Below, one piece after another: positions 11,171 through 23,518 of a stretch of 64,000 nucleotides of DNA (positions within the stretch are counted from its first letter, which is position 1; each line of letters starts with the position of its first letter). Source of the DNA: Lytechinus pictus (lineage: Eukaryota); NCBI RefSeq assembly GCF_037042905.1, contig NC_087248.1, positions 13,888,001 through 13,952,000 of the forward strand, in the 5' to 3' direction. Position numbers and translations under genes: made by a program. Under the pieces are notes generated by a model that worked only from the letters and a program-made list of their open reading frames with translations, searched no databases and was not told the origin of the DNA.

Positions 11171-12286
11171 TTTTGTCTCACCTGCATAGCAGAGTGAGAC
11201 TATAGGCGCCGCTTTTCCGACGGCGGCGGCGGCGGCGGCGGCGGCGTCAACACCAAATCTTAACCTGAGGTTAAGTTTTTGAAATGACAGCATAACTTAG
11301 AAAGTATATGGACCTAGTTCATGAAACTTGGCCATAAGGTTAATCAAGTATTACTGAACATCCTGCCTGAGTTTCATGTCACATGACCATGGTCAATGGT
11401 CATTTAGGGTCAATGAACTTAGACCATGTTGGGGGAATCAACATCAAAATCTTAACCTAAGGTTAAGTTTTTGAAATGTCATCATAACTTAGAAAATATA
11501 TGGACCTAGTTCATGAAACTTATACATAAGGTTAATCAAGTATCACTGAACATCCTGCATGAGTTTCACGTCACATGACCAAGGTCAATGGTCATTTAGG
11601 GTCAATGAACTTTGGCCGGATTGGGGGTATCTGTAGATTTACCATCATAACTTTAAAAGTTTATGGATCTGATTCATGAAACTTGGACATAATAGTAATC
11701 AAGTATTACTGAACATCCTGTGCAAGTTTCAGGTCACATGATCAAGGTCAAAGGTCATTTAGGGTCAATGAACTTTGGTCAAATTGGGGTATTTGTTGAA
11801 TTACCGCCATAACTTTGAAAGTGTGTTAGTCTAGTTCATAAAACTTGGACATAAGAGTAATGAAGTATCACTGAACATCCTTTGCGCATTTTAGGTCACA
11901 TGACCAAGGTAAAAGGTCAATGAACTTTGGCCATAATGGGGGTATCTGTTGAATTACCATCATAACTTGGAAAGTTGATGGATCTTTCTCTTGAAACTTG
12001 GACATAAGAGTAAGCAAGTATCACTGAACATCCTGTGCGAGTTTCAGGTCACATGATCAAGGTCAAAGGTCATGTAAGGTCAATGAACTTTGGCCACGTT
12101 GGGGGTATTTGTTGAATTACCATCATATCTCTATAAGTGTATGGGTCTAGTTCATAAAACGTGGAAATAAGAGTAACCAAGTATCACTGAACATCTTGTG
12201 CGAGTTATAGTAGTTTTCAAAATCAGCACTGCTGCTATATTGAATCGCGTGATGCAGGTGAGACGGCCAGAGGCATTCCACTTGTT
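11171..12286 (+). mobile_element. Helentron-associated interspersed element (HINE/DINE-1/pearl-like), copy 1
   Basis: 5' subTIR gtctcacctgca with nearby inverted gtgagac, (GGC)n microsatellite, five ~150-190-bp internal tandem units, 3' tgcaggtgagac. Inserted in a T-run. Confidence 0.8.
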
Positions 12287-15200
12287 TAAAATAGCGACCG
12301 CTTTTATCAATTGTTCAGGTTTTTATTATAATGTTTTTAGTGGCCAGGCCCTATGCTTGTCCATAATAAAAATGAAAAGTGCTCTATTTATTATTTATCA
12401 TAATTATCAGTTGTACTTTGTGGAAATTTGATTTCATCTTTGGGAATATAGGACACCGTCTTAAAATAGTGTTTTTTTTAATAGCTCTTTGAACACTTTT
12501 TGAAAAGAAAATACATTATTACAAATAAAGCTAACACAATGATTACACTCCGAATTTGACAGTCCATCCATACTTGGAAAATGGTACTTGACCTATAAGA
12601 AAAAAATCAAATTCAATTCAATTAAAACTTATTTCAATTTGGAATAAAGAAACATAATTTGCGAGTTTTAGATTATCATAGTTCATAATACTTTTATGGG
12701 TCAGTCTATCACATTAAGAGCGCCCTTTACTGGCCGCAACCAGCTTTGTAATAATCCTTTTCTCCATGGTCATTGTTCTTTGCTCTTTTTGTTGTAATAT
12801 TTTCACTTTTTGTGTGTGTGTACTTTCTTTGAACTAGTGTTTTACATAGGCCTATATATTGTCATTATTTTTACTGCAAAATTAAGTAAATGTGAATTGA
12901 CCTTAAATCCAAGAACTGAATTAAAGAAAAAAATACTACTACGTAAAATTTATTTCGGGACCCCTTTAAAGTCATCTTTAAGAAATAAAATGTATCAAAT
13001 AAATTGTTAAGCATCACAACAGTTTCATGGAATTAATACTCCATCATGTACATTATTTTAACAGTAATGTACGTGGCTCGATGAGCCAAAATATACAGGG
13101 GCGAAATAATAAATTAACAAATAAAAATGGAAATCTAATTTTGTGAGTGATAAGTTTTTACATCATATTAAAAAAAATTGTATATAATTTTACTTATCCT
13201 TATTTCCATCCTTTATCTTTTGTTGTCTTGGTTGTGGATCTTTGGGTGATCAAATGTCCGGCCAAGCCCCCCCCCCCCTCCCCATATCTGCCTCTCTCTC
13301 TTTCTCTCTCTCTCCATTCATTACGCAGTGTTGCACATCAATGAACTGGAAAAGTTATTTGTTTTGGGGGGGGATTTAGTAAGCCTTAAGGCAAGCTTTA
13401 AACCTGTCCATAGCTGTGGTATAGATGTAAAAAAGATATTATTATGAATGAGAAGATTATCCTAAAATTACCAGTCCATCCCAAGATTGGAAGAGGCATT
13501 TAGCAACAACAAAAACCCCGGAATGTTTGTCGGGTGTGACCTTTTTAAAGTAGGTATGTGATTGTAAATTTTACCCAAATGATATTTGATACAATATTTT
13601 TCTCGGGGGAGGGGTGGCAACCAGAGACCGATTTCATCTGTCAATGAAGTGAGAGCGAGGAGATATCGTCCGGTTTCTGCTAGGATGGCGTTTTTCGTTG
13701 CTTTCTTGTCATTTGGACCAATAATAGATTTTGATTGTATTTCACCATGATCAGATGGTAGCTATTCACTTCAGGGAGAAATGTTCTTTAGCAATTTTAT
13801 AATATCCTTGCTTATTCTTTCAAAAATTCACCACCCCATATTTCTAAGTATTTTGGGAGGAGGATGATAGGGACCCTAGTTATCAAAACAAGTTTTGAAT
13901 GTGGTTTGAGGGAAATTCTTGTGCGAATTGTTGCTCTGTGCAGTGTTTGATAGCATGCGTATAATTGTTTGAAAATAACTTGTATAAGTATTAATTTGTC
14001 GCCATTAGCATTTTTTTCATTTGTTATTTAAAAAAAGGATCTCATTTAGTGCTCTCCTTGCTTCATTTTCAATTATTATTCACTCTTCTCAGTCGAGTGT
14101 TTGTATATTAAAGAGAGGGGGGCTGACCCTACACCGTGAAAACGCTGTTTGAAATTTTAAGCACGTTGTTTAAGCCCGTCACTCTATAACAACTACTGTT
14201 TTAACTTGTTAAACAACTATTTAAACATTTTAAACAGCTTTAAACAATTTCAAAATGTTTAAACTACTCGTTGTTAGATTGACAGGCTTAAACAACGTGT
14301 TCTTTTAATGTGTAAGTGGTACACCATAAGCCGTGTTATGATCATAATGAAAATGCATAATAATTTAATCGACAATGCTCTTTTATCCTACATTCAAATA
14401 AATGAAAATGCTACATACATTCACATATGGGTGCACTTGTTTGTGTTTGCTTTTTGTAAGAAAAAATATGAATATAAATAACTATTAAGTAGAAAATATC
14501 AGCTTTTCCATTGTCAGTGATTGTGGCGCTCGACGCCGACATAGCCTTGTAACTTTGGTCTCCAGCCTTCTTCATGGCCGTGAAGTATGGATTGCTGTTT
14601 ATGCTGGCTAGATTACAAACAAAATATGGGCGCGTATTTTAATGTATCTATCATGTCATTGTATAATCATTATGTAAAATACAACCTTCAGAATCTAAAT
14701 CATAGCAATAAGAGATTGATCAAGGAATTTGTTTCATATTTGAAGTTTTATTTAAATCAATACGGATCTAAACAATTTTGTGTATTAGAGGTCAAGAAAA
14801 TTATTGATATATTGTAATTCCTGTTATAAATATTATATCATTTGACTCTTGAAAAAAAGTTATTCCTATGTAAATATGTATATATGTAAATATTTTGAAA
14901 CAATAAATCCTCAAGGAAGAGGCAAAGAGAAAAAAAAAATATGTCATTGTATAAAGATGATATTATGTCACCATAATCATAAAACATATTAATAAAACTT
15001 GACTGAACAACAAGTTCATGGCTGCTTTTGACTGATTCCTTATTTTGTCACAAAGCGGGTAATTAACTATTCAAGTGAATAAAACCAGAATAGAGCAATT
15101 TCTGGTGACTTTTAATTAGGAAAATTCCTTTCATTTTGTAAAGCTTTATCCATCACAATAATGTTCTGGATTTTAAGATGAGAAAGGGAAAGGAAAGGAT

Positions 15201-16432
15201 AGAGAAACTGATTCGAAAATGAAAGAGCTAGAAAGAGAAATAAAGGGATGGCCAGCGAAAAAAAGAGAAGGAGAAAGGAAGATAGATCAAGTTAAAGAAA
15301 TAAAAGGTCGAGGAAGAGAGAGGGGAGAGTGAGATAGCATCAAAGAGAAAACAGATGTACATAGTGCCGTATTAAGCTAATATAGGCCTAAATGATGATG
15401 AGCATACGCCATACATCGGACTTTAGTTTGTACAATGCTGTGAATTTTAGTACTGAAAAAAGATTACATGAACAATTAGGGGATGTGTAGTGCGAATGAG
15501 GCTTTTAAAAAGGGTCATTATAGTCCGAACTGTTGGCCAAAAAATTAAAAAAATAAAATAAAACGAACAAACAAATAAATCATCAGCACTAAAACTGTTG
15601 GCCTTTTCTTCCCGAAAAAAAACTGTTTTCCTTCCCCATGTTCCCTAATTTCTCTTGCTTTTAAAACTGATCGAACCACAGCCTATGTATCAATTCAGCG
15701 GAACGAAGACGTTCTTTCATAAGTAGTGTTGCTTAAACTTAAAGCGGACGAAATGAGGGTACAAGAAAACAAAGCAAACTTTTCAATCAGTTGTTGAAGG
15801 ACAAAGACTTATTTAGTTTTTGTTGAGCTAGCACACAAACACTGATCAAGTAACTGGCGACCATGCACCATTTTTTTTTTCGATTTAACTCTTCTACACC
15901 TTGCTTGGATTACTTCCAACGGAGTGATAATGATGGAAGGGAATACAACCACTCTACTTCAGGGTATGTTATTTATTGAACATCCACATAATGCTAAATA
16001 ATTTTACTTGGTGACTTGGAATGATATTGTACACCTTAATAATCCCTGTAATAATTCCAAGGAACTGTTGATCAAATACTTGAATACGATAGTAACAATT
16101 TTTCTCTGAATCGATTTGTCTGAGAATTGTAATTCACAATGCGTCGGCACCATTAAGGCCACCGCACACCTAACGACCCGACTGGTCGGCGACTGGCTTG
16201 CGACTGAGAGAGGGGAGATGAATCGCAAGGCAGTCATAAGCCTCGACACCGCACATCTTGCGATCCGATCTGCGACTCACGCATGCGCTTTTTGCTTTTT
16301 GGCATAGCATCTGAGAAATTGCGCTTACTACTGCGTATGCGCGTTGTTTATCATAATACGCATCGTGCAACTCTGCTGTGTGATTGGCTGGAAGTTGGAT
16401 TGAGCTTGCGATCCAGTCATAAGGATTCGACA

Positions 16433-19143
16433 GTGCAGTGCTGACCAGCTACACCTTCTCTATACTCTTCCTATGGAACAAATATCAAAGAACCTTTTCT
16501 ATAATCTTCCTGCAATGTGCTTGGATCCGACTCAAATCGACCTGCTGCTTGATCAACTTAGCGAAGAAATGTTGAAGGTATCACTAACTCTACCACACTC
16601 GAAGGGCCGTCAGAAAAGAAAAAGGAAAGGGAAAAGAGAGTGGACCAAAAAGGTAGAGGCATGTTATAAACAATCTCAATATTACTGGCGTCTCTGGAGG
16701 GCCAGCGGAAAACCAAAAGGCAAGGACCCTCTCTGGATCAAGCATGTATATACAAAACGTCTATTTAGAAGTAGCATCAGGCAAGCACGGCGGATGTATC
16801 ACAATAATCTCCTTTCAGAAATTGAGGATGCTAAAGGTAGCAATGATAAACTCTTCTATAGGCTTGTCAAAAGCACTAAAGGATCTCGGTCCACTGATAC
16901 ACTGTCTTATAGGGGTACAACATATGAAGGAGAGGCAGTTTTAGATGGCTTCAACTCACATTTCTCAGATCTTGCTAAACCGGATTACATGAATGCCTCT
17001 TCTCCGCCTGAATTGGATGAAGCTATTCCCACTCGCCCGTTCCAGGAAAATTTGAATCAACCACTTCAACCCTCTACTTCAAAAGATCTAGATGAAGCTA
17101 TTAATTCTCTCAAGAAACAAAAAGCTGCAGGACCTGATAATATATCTCCTGAGCATCTTATATATCTTGGCCCAATAGCTCGGAAATTACTTCTCGCCCT
17201 CATCAATCGATGTATATCCCTAAAGTATATTCCTGAACCTTTGAAGTCCGGCCTTATAGTCCCAGTTCACAAAGGAAAGGGAAAAGATGTAAAAGATCCT
17301 TCTAACTACCGAGGCATAACAGTTTCTTCAACAATTGGTAAAGTTTTGGAAATGCTCATCAAATCTCAACTAGAAATTCCACTCGCAATAAATGATGTCC
17401 CAGACCAGTTACAATTTGGATTCCAGAAAGGCAAATCTTGCCTCCTTACTGCATCTTCACTGGAATTAATAATCCAACTGAACTCTGCCAAGAAATGTAC
17501 AACATACCTTGCTCTTCTCGACGCACAGAAAGCATTTGACATCGTTTGGCATAAAGGCCTATTTTCTAAGCTTCAAAACCTAGGCCTCCATGAATCCCTG
17601 TTATCTACACTGGAAGAGTTCTACAACGGTAGTACCAGTAGAGTCATGTGGGAAGGAAAAGTCAGCTCTCCTTTTCAAATCCTTCAAGGTGTAAAACAGG
17701 GGAGTGTGCTCTCTCCCACCTTATATACAGTCTTCATCGATGGCCTGATCAAATCACTAAGGAACGCTTGTCTTGGATGCTCTATTAATGGTTGCTACAT
17801 GGGAGTGATAGTACTAGCAGATGACGTTGCTCTAATCAGTACATGCCCCCGAGAACTCCAATCAATGCTGGATCTCACCTTCTCTTATTCCTGTGATTGG
17901 AGATATAAAATTAATCCACAAAAAAGTGCCGTAGTAGTAATAAACAAAAAAGCATCAACCAGTGTAAGTTCAGTCGAGTGGAAAATGGGAGGAATGACAA
18001 TCAAGGAAAGCAGAGAGCACCCACACCTTGGCATAGTAAAAAGCAATTGTAATATTGACCATACCAATAACATCATTTCAAAGGGATATAACACCTTCTT
18101 CTCTCTCACTGGAACTAAGCAAGGAACTCTACGCCTGCTGCCACCAATATGTACTCATCTTTGGAAAATGTTCTGCATACCAAGAATGCTATATGGGATT
18201 CAGATTATTCAACTTACCAACTACATGCTGTCCCGTTTGAACAAGGCCCAAACATTTCTTTTTAAAAGAGTGCTTGGTTTGCCAAGGAGTGCGGCGGACG
18301 AAATTGTTTATTTATTGCTCGATATCCTCCCAATGGATAAGCGAATCGACTATGAAATTCTTCTCTTACTTGGGCAATATGCAAGCCTTTCAGACGAACG
18401 CACTGAGAGAAGAATCCTGTTGAATGGTATAGCATACAATACACCTTTGGTAAGACGCTGGATAAAAATCCTCAATAGTTATGAGCTTCCAAGTCTCCCT
18501 AACATCCTTAGAGATCGCATTCCATATAAAGTATGGAAGAAGCTAACACTGGGAAAAATTTATAAACAACACTATGCTGCCCTTGAAATTGCAATTGCTA
18601 AAAAATCTTCTCTAAGTCTATGGTCGGGCATGACCCAACGTGATAAAAAGAATTATTACCCAAAGCAAGTCTCCAGCCCTCTCCTGAGGGAAGCTATGTC
18701 CATCAGAGCTCAATTATCCTGCAGTACATACCCAACGAATAGAAGGTTATTCTCTCTGAATCAAAGTACCACAAAGTCCTGCAAGTTCTGCCACTCCGAA
18801 CTGGAAAGTGTTGTACATTTTGTTGGAGAATGCCCAGCGTTTAGCACACACAGGAAAACCCTTCTAAACTTAATAAAAGAAGACGAGGAACTGCAGTATT
18901 TTTCTGTGCATTTCAAAGATCAAGAACCTCAACAATTTACCGCTTCCGTCCTGTTTCTTCCTGACGTCGAATTAGCAGATTCCTCCAGAAACGACCTCAA
19001 CCTACTTGTCTTAAATTTCTTGCATAAGATTCACCTCTCTCGATCTACCTTACTCTCACGTCAAAATATGTAACGCTAATGTTAATGCAGTATTAAACTG
19101 CGGATCTCCGATACAGCGGAGGAAGGATACAGAAGAAGAAGAA
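16433..19143 (+). mobile_element. 5'-truncated non-LTR retrotransposon (RTE-X-like LINE)
   Basis: Contains the RT ORF and a 3' (GAA)n tail ending ~19143. Apparent GACA duplication at 16429-16432 and 19144-19147. No APE endonuclease domain, so 5' truncated. Confidence 0.8.
16473..19073 (+). CDS. LINE ORF2 reverse transcriptase with C-terminal CCHC zinc finger (endonuclease missing)
   Basis: RT motifs KAAGPDNI, NYRGIT, QFGFQKG, LDAQKAFD, GVKQGSVLSP, LADD, HLG, plus CKFC...ESVVHFVGEC. Uninterrupted 866 aa. Confidence 0.92.
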   Translation: MEQISKNLFYNLPAMCLDPTQIDLLLDQLSEEMLKVSLTLPHSKGRQKRKRKGKREWTKKVEACYKQSQYYWRLWRASGKPKGKDPLWIKHVYTKRLFRSSIRQARRMYHNNLLSEIEDAKGSNDKLFYRLVKSTKGSRSTDTLSYRGTTYEGEAVLDGFNSHFSDLAKPDYMNASSPPELDEAIPTRPFQENLNQPLQPSTSKDLDEAINSLKKQKAAGPDNISPEHLIYLGPIARKLLLALINRCISLKYIPEPLKSGLIVPVHKGKGKDVKDPSNYRGITVSSTIGKVLEMLIKSQLEIPLAINDVPDQLQFGFQKGKSCLLTASSLELIIQLNSAKKCTTYLALLDAQKAFDIVWHKGLFSKLQNLGLHESLLSTLEEFYNGSTSRVMWEGKVSSPFQILQGVKQGSVLSPTLYTVFIDGLIKSLRNACLGCSINGCYMGVIVLADDVALISTCPRELQSMLDLTFSYSCDWRYKINPQKSAVVVINKKASTSVSSVEWKMGGMTIKESREHPHLGIVKSNCNIDHTNNIISKGYNTFFSLTGTKQGTLRLLPPICTHLWKMFCIPRMLYGIQIIQLTNYMLSRLNKAQTFLFKRVLGLPRSAADEIVYLLLDILPMDKRIDYEILLLLGQYASLSDERTERRILLNGIAYNTPLVRRWIKILNSYELPSLPNILRDRIPYKVWKKLTLGKIYKQHYAALEIAIAKKSSLSLWSGMTQRDKKNYYPKQVSSPLLREAMSIRAQLSCSTYPTNRRLFSLNQSTTKSCKFCHSELESVVHFVGECPAFSTHRKTLLNLIKEDEELQYFSVHFKDQEPQQFTASVLFLPDVELADSSRNDLNLLVLNFLHKIHLSRSTLLSRQNM

Positions 19144-19334
19144 GACATGTCAAATCCTTCCGATTTTCCTTGCGACTTGTCTCTGACCGGTCTGCGACTC
19201 GAAGCTGACAAGAGCTGTGACGTCACATCTCTCCTCACCCAGTCGCAAGCCAGTCGGCGACTGGTCGGGTCGTAAGGTGTGCGGTGGCCTTAACACTTGG
19301 ATGGAAAATGCTGCTCTTTGGACTTATGGTGTAC

Positions 19335-20096
19335 CCGGCCCCCACACACAGTGTTATTTAGGGTACGTTTATGTTCGTTCCCTCTCTTTGAAAGCACCCC
19401 CTATCTCATGTCTGCCAAAATTTCTGAACCCCCCTTTCGCGGGCTTTTCGCGGGCATTTCCTGCCTTGGAGACCCCCCTAAATCCGGAACACTGCTCAAT
19501 GTACCCCCTTTCTCAGGTGAGCTCTCATTCCTACCCCATATCTCAGGACAGACACCCCCCCCCCCCCCACTTTATATCAGGTAAGCTGTCAAGCTGTCAT
19601 ATATAGGTTTCCTGATGTCATGATGGAGGACAAGCTTTCAAAACTAGCAGGAATGTCAGGAATTTGATCCCGGCAGGAGCCGCGGAACGGTTTTCAAATT
19701 TGGGGGGGGGGGGGTGACCATGCAAAAAATCACAATCATATGGTCATTTTGAGCCAAAAGTGGGGGGGGGGCTGACAATGCAAAAAATCACAATCATATG
19801 GTAATTTTTACGTTTTTGTACATGGTTTTGAAAAAAGGGGGGGGCTGAAGCCCCATCCCCCCCCCCCCGCTTCCGCGGCCCCTGCCGGGATTTGATCATT
19901 TATTTCTATGATATTCAAGATATTCTATAACCCCCTTTTTTATTTCCCAGGAGTCCAAAAATTAAGAGAGAGAAAAATACCTCCCCTTTTTACAATTCGC
20001 GGGCCGGACTTGTCCCCCGAAAAAGTACCCCTTTACCGGACATTTTGGGAACATGCATGCGGTCCCTTCGACCCCGGAGTGGGGGGGGGGGGCGGG
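19335..20096. mobile_element. Non-autonomous DNA element with 9-bp TSD (Mutator-like TSD length), itself containing a CAGG-ended MITE (~19674-19884)
   Basis: ATGGTGTAC duplicated at 19326-19334 and 20097-20105. C-rich and G-rich complementary termini. Interrupts the Ig pseudogene signal peptide. Confidence 0.75.
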
Positions 20097-20979
20097 ATGG
20101 TGTACCAACTTACATTTTTATCTACTCGTAGTAGCTGTACACCCAAAGAAAATAAAACTTTAAGTGTCGTCAGAGGGCAGAATGTTTCTCTCAATTTATA
20201 TCTAAATCGGCCACTCAGGGGGGCGGTAGGGGTGGTCGCCCCCAAAAAGAAAAAAAGGAAAAGGAGAAAAACAAAAAGCGAAAAGGGAGGAAAGGCATAG
20301 CTTTGTTGTTTTTTCCTTCTTTTTTTGTCAAAAGAATAATAACCTAAACGAAACGTTGATCTTCTCTCTTCATACAAAATTTTGCTTCCGTGCGGGAAAT
20401 ATATCGAAAGCGCCTTCACCCTTTGTTCCCTACACCTTTTTTCTACTCCGTTTTCCCCTTCTCGGCTGTGGGAATCTTATATTTTTGCCAGAAATTATAA
20501 ATTATACATGGGTGTATAAGAGTATGAAAAGTACCTTTTTTTATTGCATTGACACAAAATGTCGGCTCTTCTGTTCGGAGTGGGTAAACGTTACCGTCAC
20601 TTCCCGACTCCCCAAATGAAATTTCTTTGGCTTTTCAGCAAGCAACTATTGGCAAAGTATATCTACCCAAAGGGGGAGGCATTAAATTCGTGCCGTGCAA
20701 TATGCAAAAGTATGTACGATATGAAACTTTATACTAAATCGCTGTACATCCATCTCCTGTCTTGTTTTGTGCCATTGATTCAAAATGTTATAATCACTGA
20801 AAAGGAAGCGCTTAATTTGAGCGAAATTACACAATTTTGTTTCTTGTAAAATAAATCACAGAGGTTTCCGTGCTTCACGAGCACGGGAAAAGGGAACTAA
20901 GTCCCTCTTTTAGCTTCTAGCTTGCATCATCCCTTTCACATTTTGAGCTCGTCTTTCTTCTTAATCGGGTTATAGTCTA

Positions 20980-22085
20980 TGTGACGTTTAAGTCTCATTA
21001 ATTTGTATGTCCCTCGTTAGCAAGTCACAAAATCAAACCGAGTTGCGATACCAATTGTTGAACTCTTGAATGCATGGTTCGACCTGCAGTTTAATGAAAC
21101 AATAAACAATCATAAATTGAATGTCATGAAAAACTTGTACAATTGTCGAATGTAGCGTTAATAATCCAATACCTATACATTCACAAAGCCTTTAAATTGT
21201 ACACGAGTCTAAGACATCAACTGACCAGATAATCTAACAACTGTCCTTATTTGTTTCTTATGTTGTTATCATAAAGCTCTCAATTACCGGTATTCATCAT
21301 TAGGCTGCATCCGAAATAAATAACTACAATAACAAACCATTTTGTAAATATAACCTCAACTGAAACATCAAGGTATGATTAAATTCTCACATTTGTTTCT
21401 CATATCCAAAATTCTATATTAAAAACACATTCAGCCATGCCTAAGGCTACAGAAAATATGCCCCTAGCAAGGCATCCCTAGGTTAGCTTGTAACCTTTGA
21501 CCTACTTTCAGTCATACCACTTGTGCATGACTATTATGACATAAATTACCACTATTATCATAAAGGCATGAATTATCATCACTAACAAACTTCATGCAAT
21601 TATGTACCATTTACTTTTCATATCTTATGTAAATAAACGTTTACTAGCTTAAATCAACACACGTGCGTGCTGCGGTCAAGTTTCGCGCACTACACACACA
21701 GTATTGTACTTATACATATGTACATAGACACACCGAAACTTTCACTGAACATGAGCGATAATTCATACAACTTTTGTAACAAAATTTTCACCAAAATATT
21801 CATCATTTAAATCATTTCTTAATACAAACTATCAGTCAACTATTCTTTTTCATATAAACATCTATTTTTAGAATACTTACAACATTGGGCTTGGTCAAAG
21901 GGCAAAATAACGATGACAACAAATTAGCAAGTGTTCCCAAACCAAGTAAAAACATGGGGGACAAAATACAACGCCCTCTACCGATTGGCAACAAAAACCT
22001 ACGCTTCTGACGTCACCGAAACTTTGTGACCCGGAAACGATATGTAAATTTCACACTATAACCACTTTGCATCGTACACTCTACA
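20980..22085 (-). repeat. 3' LTR (~1.1 kb) of the BEL/Pao element
   Basis: On the minus strand a purine-rich PPT (tttagggggccggaa, 22086-22100) is followed by TGTAG at 22085. The LTR ends ...ACGTCACA at 20980, next to the TSD. No second direct copy exists to confirm the U3 boundary. Confidence 0.7.
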
Positions 22086-22402
22086 TTCCGGCCCCCTAAA
22101 TGTGAAGCCTATACAGCTGAACATTTACAACATAATTAAATATTAGCACATCATCTTTACATGTGTTACACAATTTCCAAAACAATCGCTGCATGCTTAG
22201 TATCTTACACACGACTTGTGCATTAAATATTTACACCTTCTTTTGCTAGAAATCAAATGGACATAAATTTGCATAAATCAACTCCAAAATGAAGACAAAT
22301 GTCTCCCTTGCATACACTCATGCAACTTCTTTGTTAATGAGAATTCTCATCAAAAAGACAATATTGTGGCATTCTTATTCTACAGCTACAGTAACATATT
22401 TA

Positions 22403-22441
<39 letters not shown>

Positions 22442-23518
22442 AATATATATATCAAATCATAATTTGGTTCATTCTTCATCTTGAACCTGAAATAAACAAT
22501 AATGCATCCTTTCAAATTTTGAGTGAAATGTTATACTGCAATAATCTTCTCTGTAATACAAGGCAAATACTCCTTTTAAATATATACAAATTAACACAAC
22601 GTTCAGTTTGTACAAATTACTACGAAAAATGCAAACATCATTCATAAAACTAACCAAAGTGGCTTGATATGATGCAAAGGAGTCCAATTTCTCAAACTGG
22701 ACTAGATATGAGACAATTCTGCTGCTTGTAAAGTTTTACCTCCTCTAATTATGTTTTAGAAAAACCTTTTATTATAGTCTTTTAATTCTATCACAAAATC
22801 ATATTTGTCAAACTATAAATTCACCTCTTAAACAAACATTGTATATTTGACACCTGAATGCTTCCTGAATTCAGCTTTCCTTACAACAAACACATTATTG
22901 TATAAAGGAATTTTCAGTCACAAATTTGCAATAACATGCACCTGTTTCTTGTGTAATCATACTGAGTAAATCTTTCACATATAAATCAGAAAGTCCACAT
23001 TTACAACATGTATGAATAATTGTTCACTGTTTCTTTAAAGAGGGAGGGAAAAGTTCTGAGTTCAATGTTCAGCAGTGGGTCAAACTTGAAGCTCACAGAT
23101 TGTAAGAGTTTAATAACATTTTAGAGTTCAGGTTAAAGTTCATTCTGACTCTGGAATTCTCTCTCTGAATAAATTCTTCTGCAAATTTCTCCAAAACAGT
23201 CACTTCTCTGTTGTAGAGTTCTCTGAGCGAAATGATTGAAATATTATAAATTCTCTCAAATTCTTCTTTTCAAACAGTCTTGGCTGGATAAATTGCTCAA
23301 AAGAAAAAGATAATTGTTCAATATCACAGATAAACTATGCTTCTTCATCTGGGTTGATCCACTAATACCGATTGCTCCAAATATCTCGTTGGCTCAAATA
23401 GCAAATGCTCCAAAATTATTAATTTCAAATATATAAGAGGCAGCGCTTGGCTTGCACCTCATCACAACATATTTCATATTTCCTAGCTGTTGTGATATAG
23501 ATTCAATTCCACAAATTT

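Larger units (their letters stand above)
16157..19289. mobile_element. Non-autonomous TIR DNA transposon (~420 bp when empty) carrying a nested LINE
   Basis: Imperfect TIRs of ~65 bp (ggccaccgcacacct.acgacccgac... / ...gtcgggtcgtaaggtgtgcggtggcc), flanked by TTAA at 16153-16156 and 19290-19293. Superfamily ambiguous: TTAA (Kolobok-like) or TWA (Harbinger-like). A related left end starts near 59156. Confidence 0.8.
16139..20216 (+). pseudogene. Third, disrupted copy of the Ig-like receptor (5' part only)
   Basis: Upstream ~15708-16138 aligns to ~4863-5356. ATG at 16139 (MRRHH). Coding remnants at 16139-16152, 19294-19334 (TLGWKMLLFGLMVY) and 20106-20216 (QLTFLSTRSSCTPKENKTLSVVRGQNVSLNLYLNRPL) are separated by two insertions with TSDs. 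The rest of the gene was not found in the window. Confidence 0.85.

Noticed and set aside
22100-23518. Possible env/extra ORF between pol and the 3' LTR
   Set aside because: AT-rich with a long poly-T run and only short, low-complexity ORFs.
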